From a bacterium (lineage in GTDB: Bacteria; Zhuqueibacterota; Zhuqueibacteria; Residuimicrobiales; Krinioviventaceae), in NCBI GenBank assembly GCA_963675755.2, contig CAXXMD010000003.1, forward strand, positions 3,104,001 through 3,168,000: a DNA stretch of 64,000 bases, written 5' to 3'. A program made the position numbers and the translations under genes. Position 1 is the stretch's first letter; each line of letters opens with the position of its first letter. The notes below the pieces were generated by a model. It did no database searches and was not told the DNA's origin. It saw only the letters and a list, made by a program, of their open reading frames with translations. Of the stretch, positions 30,404-43,255 are shown in pieces.

Positions 30404-31503
30404 TAAGGTCTTCCCCCTATAACATTTTTCTCCCACAATTCACCCATAGAATAATCTTCAAGCCAGTCTTTGAGTTCCTGTTCGTTACATCTTTTAAATT
30501 CTGATGCACCCTCAGAGTTTCGATCAACAACTATTATATCCTCCGGTTGAAAGTGATCAATCAGATAGGTTGATTGCGTAGAGACAATGACCTGTGTGCT
30601 ATTACTTTTTAATTTTAATATGTCCGCAAGCCTGGCCAAGGCATAAGGATGTAAACCCAATTCCGGTTCATCTAATATGATTGTTGCCGGCGGGTTGGGT
30701 TGTAAAAGTGCCGTGGCAAGGCAGATAAAACGTAATGTGCCGTCGGAGAGATGTCTCGCTGTAAAAGGGAAATCTGATCCTCTTTGCAACCATTCAAATT
30801 GTATCTTGTCTTCTTTATAGGGAATTGGGCGAAGTTTAAATTGATCGATAAATGGCGCAACCATTTGCACGGTTTTCAGTATTTTGTTATAGTGAACCGG
30901 ATTTTGTATTTGCATTGTAAATAAAAAAGCTGCCAGATTGCCTGCGTCATGATTTAGTTTTTCATTATCATTTATATATGTTTGACGTTTTACAGAAGCC
31001 GAATCGCTGGTGTCTTGGAAATGGTAGACAGTCCAACTTGAAATTGTTGGGTAAATATAGGATGCAATATCTTGTCTTTTACCATTGTTATATTCGTTTT
31101 TTAAATTTGACTCGACATTACCCATGCCAATACTATACCATTGGGGACTATGCCAAAATACACCAGCAAAATACATTGTTTCTTTCTCGAAGATTAAGCT
31201 ATTGGTATCGGTAGGTTCTAGAGTGAAGCCATATCCATTTACTTTAAAATATAATTTACCATTAAAAGTTTTAGTTACTTTTGGCCCTAAATATAAAAAC
31301 TGATCTGCCCCGCCTTTTTTGTTAACGAAATGTTGCAGTCTTTCTTTAACAATGTTGTTTAATAATTCAAAGAATTCAATGAAATTACTTTTACCTGCAC
31401 CATTGGGGCCAATGAGAATATTCAAATTGTTTAATTTAAAATTTTCCAGGTTTTTTATTGATTTGAATCCTGAAATTGTAATTTTATCTAAATGCTCTGA
31501 CAT
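30403..31503 (-). CDS. AAA_21/AAA_15-type ABC ATPase
   Basis: GFKSI; Walker A GPNGAGKSN; signature LSDGT; Walker B IILDEPELGLHP; STQS. Confidence 0.9.
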   Translation of the reverse strand: MSEHLDKITISGFKSIKNLENFKLNNLNILIGPNGAGKSNFIEFFELLNNIVKERLQHFVNKKGGADQFLYLGPKVTKTFNGKLYFKVNGYGFTLEPTDTNSLIFEKETMYFAGVFWHSPQWYSIGMGNVESNLKNEYNNGKRQDIASYIYPTISSWTVYHFQDTSDSASVKRQTYINDNEKLNHDAGNLAAFLFTMQIQNPVHYNKILKTVQMVAPFIDQFKLRPIPYKEDKIQFEWLQRGSDFPFTARHLSDGTLRFICLATALLQPNPPATIILDEPELGLHPYALARLADILKLKSNSTQVIVSTQSTYLIDHFQPEDIIVVDRNSEGASEFKRCNEQELKDWLEDYSMGELWEKNVIGGRP

Positions 31504-31598
31504 TCGAAATTGCCTTTATAAAATGTAATAATCTCAATATAAAATTATATTCAATAAAAGCAAATTGATAATTGAGGAAAGGTAATGTTGGAAAAGCA

Positions 31599-31632
31599 AC
31601 ATCCCCTGGAGAAATGTCCTTCCAGGGGATGT
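31599..31632 (-). terminator. Hairpin after GH97 gene
   Basis: ACATCCCCTGGA...TCCAGGGGATGT. Confidence 0.7.
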
Positions 31633-31638
31633 CTATTT

Positions 31639-33591
31639 TTACGGGGTTATCTTGATCACACAGCCACCGCCAGGGGCGAGATGGATATTAAGTTTGTCAC
31701 TAGCGGTTACTTGTTTTTTATCTACGATATAATCTTCAGCAAATCGGTCTGCGTTTATGCCGTCTTTGTATATTGTTGTCATAAAACTGCCGGATGTGAG
31801 AAATGACAGATCAACGGTTATGTCTCGGGGCGTCCAGTCTGCCATGGCTCCCACATACCAGGTGTTACCGCTGCGGCGGGCAACAATTAAATAATCTTCT
31901 ATTTTAGCGTCTAATACTTTGGTTTCATCCCATTCAACCGGTACGTTAGCAATCAAATCCATAATGTTGGCGGGTTCACGTTCGTAATTTGACGGAGAGT
32001 CACACAGCATTTGCAACGGACTTTCATAAACCACATACATGGCCAATTGATGTACACGTGTTCCCTGTGACATGGGACGTTCAAAAACCGGATTGAAATT
32101 GTTCTTGTTTGTATTGCGCATTGCCCCTGGTGTAAAATCAATGGGACCTGCCAGCATACGTGTAAATGGAATTAGCACTTGCTTGTCCGGTGTTTCATCC
32201 TTTGACCATTTGTTATATTCGTTTCCACGAACACCTTCACGCGTCATTAAATTGGGATATTCTCTTCTCAAACCGGTGGGTTTGTATGCTCCATGGAAAT
32301 CAACCAGCAGATGATGTTCGGCAGCTTTTTTTACAATCTTTTTATACCAGTTTACAATCTTTTGATCGTCACGGTCCATAAAATCAATTTTTACACCCGC
32401 AATACCCCAATCTTCAAACTGGGCAAACGCTTCATCTAATTGATTTTCAACAGTAACCCAGACACACCATAACAATATCTTTACGCCTTTTTCTTTTGCA
32501 TAATCGATTAGAACCGGCATATTTACTTCAGGATTGGTATGTAAAAGGTCTTCGGTACCAGACCAGCCTTCATCGAAAAGAACATATTCTATACCATATT
32601 GGGCTGCAAAATCTATATAGGCTTTATATGTATCTGTATTCAGGCCGGATTTAAAATCGACATTGTAGAGGTTTGAAGCGTTCCACCATTCCCATACAAC
32701 TTTGCCGGATTGGATCCAGGATGTATCTTTGATCTGATTGGATTTTGCAAGACGATAGACCATATCGCTTTCGATAAAAGTACCATCGTTTTCGGAAATG
32801 ACCATAACTCGCCAGGGGAAAAAACGACTGCCCTTTGTTTCGGCAATGTAATCTGCTGATTCTGATACAATGATCTTGCGGTCACGCACCTGTTTTTCTT
32901 TTAACGCAACATTGGGAAATGTACTTACAAGCGTAGCTGAATGATCGTTAGTGCCTTTGAGATAGAGGCCTGCGTAATCATCAAGATCCGCTTCTGTAAT
33001 GACAAGTTTAACGCCATTTCCTTTTTCTACCAATACAGGCAGGTAGCTCTTTTGAGAATCAATAACAGAGTTTACTGCAACAAAATGATGTAATTCTTCA
33101 TAAGAGGTATGAAAACTTTCTACAAAACTGTAAAAACAAGAGTCTGCTTCATCAAGCCGATATTCTACATGTTCATTTTTGATTTTAATTTTACCGGGAA
33201 TGGATGTAAAAAAACGATAGGCTGCACCATCATTATATGCTCTGAATTCAAGGCCAAAGTTGCTATTAAAAGTAAGTGTTAATTTATTATAATTGTCTGT
33301 AATTGTTGAGCGTTTTGTTTTTACAATGGGTCTAATTGTATTATTGATGGTGTTTTTACGTGAGTTTCTAACAGTAGGATTTTCTCCCAGTACGATACCG
33401 TTTGACAAGGTCATGTCTATGCGAGAAGGGGATATAACGGTTTTGTTATTTAATGTTACATTGTATTTTATATCTTTTTTTACATTTATGGTGATTTCCA
33501 AATTCTCATCAGGAGACTGGATTTTGTATTCCTGTGCAAATCCATTGAAGCAGAATAATATGACTAGTATCCCAATTAACCTTGTTTTCAT
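31639..33591 (-). CDS. GH97 glycoside hydrolase
   Basis: ATG 33591 after GGAGG; YIDFAA, DEGW, GVKIDF, DFHG..KPTG, EGVRG.E and FTRMLAGP.DFTPG motifs. Confidence 0.93.
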   Translation of the reverse strand: MKTRLIGILVILFCFNGFAQEYKIQSPDENLEITINVKKDIKYNVTLNNKTVISPSRIDMTLSNGIVLGENPTVRNSRKNTINNTIRPIVKTKRSTITDNYNKLTLTFNSNFGLEFRAYNDGAAYRFFTSIPGKIKIKNEHVEYRLDEADSCFYSFVESFHTSYEELHHFVAVNSVIDSQKSYLPVLVEKGNGVKLVITEADLDDYAGLYLKGTNDHSATLVSTFPNVALKEKQVRDRKIIVSESADYIAETKGSRFFPWRVMVISENDGTFIESDMVYRLAKSNQIKDTSWIQSGKVVWEWWNASNLYNVDFKSGLNTDTYKAYIDFAAQYGIEYVLFDEGWSGTEDLLHTNPEVNMPVLIDYAKEKGVKILLWCVWVTVENQLDEAFAQFEDWGIAGVKIDFMDRDDQKIVNWYKKIVKKAAEHHLLVDFHGAYKPTGLRREYPNLMTREGVRGNEYNKWSKDETPDKQVLIPFTRMLAGPIDFTPGAMRNTNKNNFNPVFERPMSQGTRVHQLAMYVVYESPLQMLCDSPSNYEREPANIMDLIANVPVEWDETKVLDAKIEDYLIVARRSGNTWYVGAMADWTPRDITVDLSFLTSGSFMTTIYKDGINADRFAEDYIVDKKQVTASDKLNIHLAPGGGCVIKITP

Positions 33592-33621
33592 CGGTTCCTC
33601 CAAATTTATTAAAAAAAGATA

Positions 33622-33715
33622 GAAAGATTCGTTGAAAAAAGCAAGGATAGTGTTTTTGTATGTAAAACAAAAAAAGCCCGATAATTTTAACTACCGGGCT
33701 TTTTTTCTAATAAAG
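33622..33715. repeat. Diverged direct repeat, copy A (terminator 33669-33706 plus putative GH97 promoter)
   Basis: GAAAGATTCGTT...GGATAG...TTTTGTA.GTA.AAC..AAAAAGCCC...GGGCTTTTT..AATAAAG; aligns with 36560-36649. Confidence 0.85.
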
Positions 33716-33722
33716 GAATTTT

Positions 33723-36290
<2,568 letters not shown>

Positions 36291-36559
36291 TTTTTACTCC
36301 TATACTTCATCACTACACACATCCCTAATTTTCCTTATTGTGCAATTATTGTTCCTTTTATGTTTGGCCTTGCTTGTTTCTGTCTTAAGGGCCATAAAAA
36401 CATGTGTTTAGTTAAAACTTAAACGTTAATGGTTTTGTATATATTCCTTCCCAATGGGACAAATTTGAAATTGCTGTTACATAGATGTAACATTCGGCAG
36501 CTTTACTTGAAAATGAGAGCTATGTTTTGTAAGCATTACATTGAATTCAGTACAGGGTT

Positions 36560-36649
36560 GAAAGATTCGTTAAAGAAGCATGGATAGGATTTTGTAGGTA
36601 TAACAAAAAGCCCTGTAGTAAAAAAACAGGGCTTTTTGTCTGAATAAAG
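36560..36649. repeat. Diverged direct repeat, copy B (terminator 36605-36637)
   Basis: GAAAGATTCGTTAAAGAAGCATGGATAGGATTTTGTAGGTATAACAAAAAGCCC...GGGCTTTTTGTCTGAATAAAG. Confidence 0.85.
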
Positions 36650-36662
36650 TGATTTTAATTGA

Positions 36663-37067
36663 TCAAAGATCTATTGGGATCGAATCCAGGAAGGCAATAT
36701 CATAATTGCCTTTTGGGCCTTGCCATAAAAACCAGTATGTAACTTGAATGCTTTTGGCTTCTTTATGCTTTTCCAATAATTCAGAGTATTGCAGTTTTAA
36801 ACATTCACCGCTTTGAATCCCTTTTCCGCATGTTTCCGGGCTGGAGCAGGGTGTAAATTCTATCATCCGAAGATATGTTATAAAATGTATCGCATAATAC
36901 ATGGTATAACTGGTTTGATTATTCAATGTCAGTGTCTGGCTTACAGAATCCGCAGATATTGTAAAATCCTGCGATGCCATATTATCGGGTTCCAATGGCT
37001 GCTTTTTTGTTGTGCAAGAAAACAATACCACAGCCATTATAAGGATTAATACCAGATAATTTTTCAT
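36663..37067 (-). CDS. Hypothetical lipoprotein
   Basis: AGGAGG RBS; lipobox LFSC. Confidence 0.75.
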   Translation of the reverse strand: MKNYLVLILIMAVVLFSCTTKKQPLEPDNMASQDFTISADSVSQTLTLNNQTSYTMYYAIHFITYLRMIEFTPCSSPETCGKGIQSGECLKLQYSELLEKHKEAKSIQVTYWFLWQGPKGNYDIAFLDSIPIDL

Positions 37068-37132
37068 AACATCCTCCTATAGAGAATGGTTTGAACTGCA
37101 TTGGATGTTGCCATTAATATTATAAAACAAAA

Positions 37133-38674
37133 TTAAATCTGTTCATGTTCCTTGTTTGTTGCAATCCGTTTGATAACCAGTTTATCATATCCAAGAATCA
37201 GTAATGCGGATACAAGAGCCAGCACTGTGAATATGATCCACATGATGTCTGGGCGCTGCATGTCTCTTGCGAATTTTGCGTATAGTTGTCCTGAAAGGAT
37301 TCCACCAAACAGATTGCCTAGAGCAACACACCAATAAAAATAACCCATATAGAGAGCAACTTTATTGGGTGGGGCAATAGAACCGGTATATTCTTTAGAT
37401 TTGGGGCTGGCCATCATTTCGCCAAAGGAAAAGATAAAGATACCCCAAACAACAACCCATCCCATATGGCTAAAAGTAAGCACAGAAAAGCTTACAACCG
37501 TTATGAGTACGCCCCAAAAGATAGTGGTAAATGGTTTGAGACGGGTAACCAGGTATGAAACCAGCAATTGAAAAAAGATAATGGCACCGGCATTGATGTT
37601 GATAATATATTCAGGATTCATTTGTCCGCTTACTGCCATGGAATTACGGAATGATTCTATAGCGCCTCCCAGCCCTACGACTTTCATAAATGCTGCGGAT
37701 GTGTTCATCAAATCTGTTGTATCTACAAAATCCCGGATATAAAGCGGAAGCGTGTAAAAGATCTGATTAAAGGACGTCCAGAAACCGGACATGAGCAGCA
37801 GAAACAGACCAAACCGCCAGTCACCCAGTTTCATGGGAGATGTAAGCCAATTTTTACTTTGACTGGAAGCGTTTTTGAGAATTATATCATATACAATATT
37901 GATTCCCGTCCAAACAATCAGAATGATTATAATGTCATACCATGAAATAAATCCACTAGCAGTATATTTGGACCCCAGAACCAATACAAATAATAGTACA
38001 AATACAAACAGGAAAAACCGGCCATTACCCAAAACTTCTACCATATCCGTCAATACTTTTTTCAGGTTGCGTTTTTCTGCAGAAGTGCTTTCGGTTGTGG
38101 GCTCTTTGTATAACAATAATACCAATAGAATATTAAAAGCAATCCAGCCTGCGGACGCGACAAATACCCATTTCCAGGCTATACCTCTAACAATTCCGGC
38201 AACTATGGGGCCCACAAAGCCACCAATATTTACCATCATGTAAAAGATACCGAATCCCATAGAAGCGGTTTTAGGATTGGTTGTTTTTGATACGGTACCA
38301 ATGATAACCGGTTTGAACATGGCTGCACCCAGGGCTACAGTCATATAGACCAGAAAAAAGGCAGGAAAGGATTTTGCCTGTCCCAGGAAAAAGTAGGCGG
38401 GTGTAAGTACGAGAAATGCTGAAAACAGCATCTTTTTAAATCCATACCGGTCGGCAAGCGCACCGGTAACAACGGGAAAAAGATAGAGGAAAAATGTAAC
38501 AACACCCTGTAAAACACCACGATCTTCGTCTGTAAATCCCAATCCGCCTTCACTTACTGCTCCGGTAATATATAAAGAAGATACGGCAAAAAAACCGTAC
38601 CATGCCATGCGTTCAAATATTTCCATTACATTGGCGATCCAAAACGTTTGTGGGAAATCTTTTAATTTAGCCAT
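37133..38674 (-). CDS. MFS transporter, POT/PTR peptide-transporter-like
   Basis: EIFERMAWYG (ExxERxxxY), GALADRYG and FYMMVNIGG motifs. Confidence 0.88.
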   Translation of the reverse strand: MAKLKDFPQTFWIANVMEIFERMAWYGFFAVSSLYITGAVSEGGLGFTDEDRGVLQGVVTFFLYLFPVVTGALADRYGFKKMLFSAFLVLTPAYFFLGQAKSFPAFFLVYMTVALGAAMFKPVIIGTVSKTTNPKTASMGFGIFYMMVNIGGFVGPIVAGIVRGIAWKWVFVASAGWIAFNILLVLLLYKEPTTESTSAEKRNLKKVLTDMVEVLGNGRFFLFVFVLLFVLVLGSKYTASGFISWYDIIIILIVWTGINIVYDIILKNASSQSKNWLTSPMKLGDWRFGLFLLLMSGFWTSFNQIFYTLPLYIRDFVDTTDLMNTSAAFMKVVGLGGAIESFRNSMAVSGQMNPEYIININAGAIIFFQLLVSYLVTRLKPFTTIFWGVLITVVSFSVLTFSHMGWVVVWGIFIFSFGEMMASPKSKEYTGSIAPPNKVALYMGYFYWCVALGNLFGGILSGQLYAKFARDMQRPDIMWIIFTVLALVSALLILGYDKLVIKRIATNKEHEQI

Positions 38675-38812
38675 TTCTGTTCCTGCTTTATTATGTTCAA
38701 TTTTTCAAGGCCTAGTATACTAAATACCTGTTTGAATATCAAGTCAAATAAAGGATTGAATAATAACTTGCTATATGTGTATATTCTTAATGACAAATTA
38801 TGGAGGGAATTT

Positions 38813-39562
38813 ATGTTGAAAAGATTGGGCATTTTGTTAGTATTACTGGGGACTTTTTCTGCATGTACCAAAGAAAAAAAGAGTTCCGAACCCTGGGCCG
38901 AGCTGCCTCAGGAGCAGTGGCCTGCTATTGCTTTGACAAGTGATTTTGTGATTGATGGAAAACAATATGTAGCTAAAGGCAGTGGGTTTTTGATTGATAC
39001 CGGCAAAGATACACTGGCAGTGACCTGTAAACACTGGTTTTTATTTTTCCAGGGCGCACACAATTTACATAGTATCGATTTTGAAGGCAAATTGGAGTCA
39101 TGGGAAATGTACCCCAAGGACCAGCCGGAAAAACGGATTGTTTTAGGAGAACCCATCAATACGGACCCGAATGAAAAGGTATTAAGTAATAAGATTATGA
39201 ATTACGACTGGTTATTGTTTAAAATTAAAGAAAAAAATCCGGATATTTATCCATTGAAAATTCGTTTTGGCAAGGTTGACAAGGGAGAAGATTTGTATTC
39301 AATCGGTTGGACAAATGACCAGGATCCTATCTCTCAACCCGTGAGACATTGGATTATGTACAAAACCTATGGTTTTCGACACTTGATTGATATTCAAGGT
39401 AGTAAAGATTTGGCGGGTCACAGTGGAGCGCCGGTAATTGACTGTAATGGGTACGTAATTGGTATTAACGGAGGTGGTTCCGGTGAAAAAGCCTGGATAT
39501 GTACAACAGAGTATTTAAAGACTGTATTGGTAAAATTTGGTTATTTATCAGTTGACATGTAA
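38813..39562 (+). CDS. Trypsin-like serine protease lipoprotein
   Basis: ATG 38813 after GGAGG; lipobox FSAC; GSGFLI, TCKH, DW and GHSGAP triad motifs. Confidence 0.8.
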   Translation: MLKRLGILLVLLGTFSACTKEKKSSEPWAELPQEQWPAIALTSDFVIDGKQYVAKGSGFLIDTGKDTLAVTCKHWFLFFQGAHNLHSIDFEGKLESWEMYPKDQPEKRIVLGEPINTDPNEKVLSNKIMNYDWLLFKIKEKNPDIYPLKIRFGKVDKGEDLYSIGWTNDQDPISQPVRHWIMYKTYGFRHLIDIQGSKDLAGHSGAPVIDCNGYVIGINGGGSGEKAWICTTEYLKTVLVKFGYLSVDM

Positions 39563-39580
39563 CAATTTTTTTTATATTAT
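39552..39580 (+). promoter_or_regulatory. Putative sigma70 promoter upstream of M1 peptidase
   Basis: TTGACA-N17-TATTAT. Confidence 0.5.
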
Positions 39581-39719
39581 TAATAACTCCCCCCGGCGCA
39601 GAGAATGTATTTCCTTGTTTAACAATGTTTTATTTAGCTGCAATGAATTGGTGTCTGAAAATTGTTAATTGTAGTTAGAATAGAAACTGTTTCCTTAAAT
39701 TTGTGTTTAATTTAAATAG

Positions 39720-42700
39720 GTGATTGCTATGAAATTAAATGTAATATTCTTGTTTTTGGGATTTGTTATTACCTCTGCTATTGCCGGGCCTGAATTTGAT
39801 ATTGGGATGCATGAAAAGTTGGCCAACGCTAAAGAACAGCGTGTTCGCAAAATGTTGAGACAAGAGCAAACGCTCCCGGATGTTGAAACTGTTCATGCAA
39901 TTGATGTGGTGCATTATGATTTGCAGCTTGACTTTGATATTGAGGCCAAAGAAATTTTTGGTAAAGTTGGCGTTACAGCATTGGTAAATGTAGACGCTAT
40001 CTCAATGATGGGGTTAAACATGTGGAATGGATTGGTTATAGATTCTATTGTTGTGAGTGAAACACAGCAACCTTTAAATTATTCAATCAAAGGTGCATTA
40101 GACATGCTTATGATCAGTCTTGATCGTGAATATACGGCGGGGGAGTATATTCAATTTCAGGTCATTTATCATGGACAGCCTCAAAAATCAGGATACAGGG
40201 CTTTTGATTTTTCCGGTAACGGAAGCAGTACGAACATCTGGTCTTTGAGTGAGCCTTTTGGAGCAAGAAGCTGGTGGCCATGTAAAGATACGCCTGCAGA
40301 TAAAGCAGATTCCGTTGATATTCGTTTGACTGTACCCAACAATATGATTGCAGTATCAAATGGAACGCTTCGTTCAACAGAGGACCACGGCGAGAAAACT
40401 ACCTGGTGGTGGCATGAACAATATCCTATTACAACTTATTTGGTTTCAGTTGCAATCCATGAATATGAAATCCATTATGATGACTATATTTATAATGATG
40501 GTGCCGATACTATGGCAATAGAATTTTACAACTTTCCGGGAAATTATCAGGGGCAAAAAAAAGATCTGGATAAAGTCAAACACATGATCGAATTCCTGTC
40601 TGATATATATGGCCAATACCCGTTTATCAAAGAAAAATATGGTCACGCGGACTATGACGGGGGAGGTGCAATGGAGCACCAAACCTGCTCTTCTTTTAGT
40701 TTTTGGGGTGAAGAAGTATTTGTACATGAACTTGCGCACCAGTGGTGCGGAGATCTTATAACCTGTAATTCATGGGAGCACATTTGGCTAAATGAAGGAT
40801 TTGCTACTTATAGTGAAGCTTTATGGTATGAGCATGCTTATGAGAATATTACTGCCAGTAAATACCAGATGAGTTCAATTGGAATTGTAGGGGAGGGTAC
40901 CGTAATTGTTGAAGATCCATTGAATGATCGTATTTTTGATGGAGGACTGTCATATATCAAAGGATCATGGGTTTTACATATGCTGCGTCATGTTGTGGGG
41001 GATAGTTCATTTTTTGATATTATGAAATACTATTTCGGAGAATCAGAGTATAGATTTAATTCTGCAACAACAGAACAATTTCGAGATCTTTGTGAACAGA
41101 TTTCGGGAATGGATTTGGATACATTTTTCCACCAATGGATCTATGAACCGGGTAGCCCGGTTTATCAGGTGTCCTGGGATTGGGAGCCTCTACCGGACGA
41201 AACATATCGTGTGTCTGGAGTTTTAAAACAAGTTCAGACTTTGGGGCCTGTTTTTGAAATGCCAATTGATTTTACCATATTACAATCAACTCTGGATACA
41301 TTGTTTACTATGCAGAATAATGCCTCTGAGCAACCTTTTGAATTTATTGTTAAAGATGTTCCTCTGGGGTTGATAGTTGATAAAGGTAACTGGATTCTCA
41401 AGGCGGTAGAGTATCAATCTCAACCTGATATAAAAATAGATTCAATTGCTATAACAGAATCTATTGGTAATCAAAATGGCGTACCTGAAGCGGGTGAACA
41501 AATTAATTTGCAAATTCATATTGAGAATTTAAACCGGCGTTTAAACTCTGTCGATTTTACACTTTTATCAGATGAAGAATCTGTAGAAATTCTGGAAAAT
41601 ACCTGGCAGGTAAATGATTGGATCAAGGGTGATATTGTTGGTAATGATCCTCTTGAAATTAAAATGAATGTTACAGATAAAGCTTATCCGCATCTTGTTA
41701 AATTTAAATTACAGCTTTTGACGGATGGCGATTTTGAATCAAATTATTATTTTTATTTTCCTATAGGAATTGAACCTTTATTATATGTTGATGACAGTAA
41801 TTCTTTGGAATCTCAACTTTATTTTGAAACTTTATTGAAAAAATATAATGTATTCTATGAAAAATGGGATACAGCATTGCAAGGTCCGCCGGAATTAAGC
41901 GATTGGCCTATGGTTATCTGGTCTACCGGAAATGAAACGGATAGTACGCTTACAACCACTGAACAAGGTGTTATTCGCGAATATCTTGAAAATGGCGGCA
42001 GATTGTTGATATGCGGTCAGCATATTGGTTTTGATCTGGTTGAAAACGGGTCCGTAGAGGATTCTCTGTTTTATTCCAATATTCTCAATGCCGAATATGC
42101 GGGACGTGAATCAGATTTTAGATATCTTTACGGTATTGGGAATACACTATTAGAAAATAGTGTCATGCTAAGTTTGTTACAGGACAAGAGTAATTATAAA
42201 TTCAGTGATTACCCGGAAATAATCGTTCCAATGCATACGGAAGATCGGTTGTTTAAATATAACAATACTGCCAATACATCAGGGATATATTTTCATAATG
42301 AAATAAATGATTCAAAGCTGATATATCTTTCATTTGGACTAGAGGGTATTTCAACATTATATGATCCGAATTCAATGCTGAGATTTGTAAATGGTACCTT
42401 GATGTGGTTTATGGATTCATCCAAACCTGTTACTAATTTAACTGAAGAAAAGGGAATACTGCTGGATTATAAGCTGGGTAATAATTATCCCAATCCCTTT
42501 AATCCTGAAACAATGATCTATTTTACAGTCCCAAAATCAGAACAGGTAAAGCTTGAGATATTTGACATTACCGGTCGCAAAGTCATAACACTATATAATA
42601 AAGTTGCTGCACCTGGTGAATATTCTGTTATCTGGAATGGGAAAAATAAAAGTGGTATCCAGATGCCCAGTGGTACATATTTTTACCGGCTAGCGGGAAA

Positions 42701-42740
42701 ATCGTTTAGTGAAACTAAAAAATTATTACTGTTAAGGTAG
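39720..42740 (+). CDS. Secreted M1 aminopeptidase with accessory domains and T9SS/FlgD-like C-terminal domain
   Basis: GAMEH; HELAHQW-x-WLNEGFATY; NYPNPFNP C-terminal domain; ATG 39729 is an alternative start. Confidence 0.92.
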   Translation: MIAMKLNVIFLFLGFVITSAIAGPEFDIGMHEKLANAKEQRVRKMLRQEQTLPDVETVHAIDVVHYDLQLDFDIEAKEIFGKVGVTALVNVDAISMMGLNMWNGLVIDSIVVSETQQPLNYSIKGALDMLMISLDREYTAGEYIQFQVIYHGQPQKSGYRAFDFSGNGSSTNIWSLSEPFGARSWWPCKDTPADKADSVDIRLTVPNNMIAVSNGTLRSTEDHGEKTTWWWHEQYPITTYLVSVAIHEYEIHYDDYIYNDGADTMAIEFYNFPGNYQGQKKDLDKVKHMIEFLSDIYGQYPFIKEKYGHADYDGGGAMEHQTCSSFSFWGEEVFVHELAHQWCGDLITCNSWEHIWLNEGFATYSEALWYEHAYENITASKYQMSSIGIVGEGTVIVEDPLNDRIFDGGLSYIKGSWVLHMLRHVVGDSSFFDIMKYYFGESEYRFNSATTEQFRDLCEQISGMDLDTFFHQWIYEPGSPVYQVSWDWEPLPDETYRVSGVLKQVQTLGPVFEMPIDFTILQSTLDTLFTMQNNASEQPFEFIVKDVPLGLIVDKGNWILKAVEYQSQPDIKIDSIAITESIGNQNGVPEAGEQINLQIHIENLNRRLNSVDFTLLSDEESVEILENTWQVNDWIKGDIVGNDPLEIKMNVTDKAYPHLVKFKLQLLTDGDFESNYYFYFPIGIEPLLYVDDSNSLESQLYFETLLKKYNVFYEKWDTALQGPPELSDWPMVIWSTGNETDSTLTTTEQGVIREYLENGGRLLICGQHIGFDLVENGSVEDSLFYSNILNAEYAGRESDFRYLYGIGNTLLENSVMLSLLQDKSNYKFSDYPEIIVPMHTEDRLFKYNNTANTSGIYFHNEINDSKLIYLSFGLEGISTLYDPNSMLRFVNGTLMWFMDSSKPVTNLTEEKGILLDYKLGNNYPNPFNPETMIYFTVPKSEQVKLEIFDITGRKVITLYNKVAAPGEYSVIWNGKNKSGIQMPSGTYFYRLAGKSFSETKKLLLLR

Positions 42741-42867
42741 ATGATTTGTCCGGCACAATTCTTTGGATAGAAACAGGTGGTCCGATTTTTCTTGCAATTT
42801 TGTATAAATATAATTAATATATGCAGTTAAACTTGTTTTGGGTGAACATTAAAAAAAGGGGAATGTT

Positions 42868-43242
42868 ATGTTTTTATATGGTCTGGTACCCGGGTTATTT
42901 GCAGGTTTAGTATGGGTATGGTATTCAAGTAAATATGAACTGTATCCGGAAAATAAATTAAGCCAGTTTGATAGAAAAGTTTTATCTATTCTTGGCTTTG
43001 GTGCATTGTTGTTGATTGCGGGGCCCATAAGTTTATATTTTTATTCTTTACGGTATGTAGACTCTGGCAATTCTGCTTTTTGGGACCATTTGTTTGTATT
43101 AGGAGTTCCAATAATTATTTTAAATTTGATGAATTTAAAAAACATGAACAGGAATAAATTGAATCAATTTATGTTTTCAGGACTGATTGTTGTGATATTT
43201 GGATTTATTACACCTTTGATGTTTACTATACAGAACCACTGA
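42868..43242 (+). CDS. Hypothetical membrane protein
   Basis: 124 aa, 4 hydrophobic segments, GGGG RBS. Confidence 0.65.
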   Translation: MFLYGLVPGLFAGLVWVWYSSKYELYPENKLSQFDRKVLSILGFGALLLIAGPISLYFYSLRYVDSGNSAFWDHLFVLGVPIIILNLMNLKNMNRNKLNQFMFSGLIVVIFGFITPLMFTIQNH

Positions 43243-43255
43243 TTGGAGTAGAAAA

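Noticed and set aside
23422-33591. Canonical SusC/SusD polysaccharide utilisation locus
   Set aside because: The receptor is not SusC-like, its partner is DUF4249-like rather than SusD, and the CAZymes are in separate transcription units.
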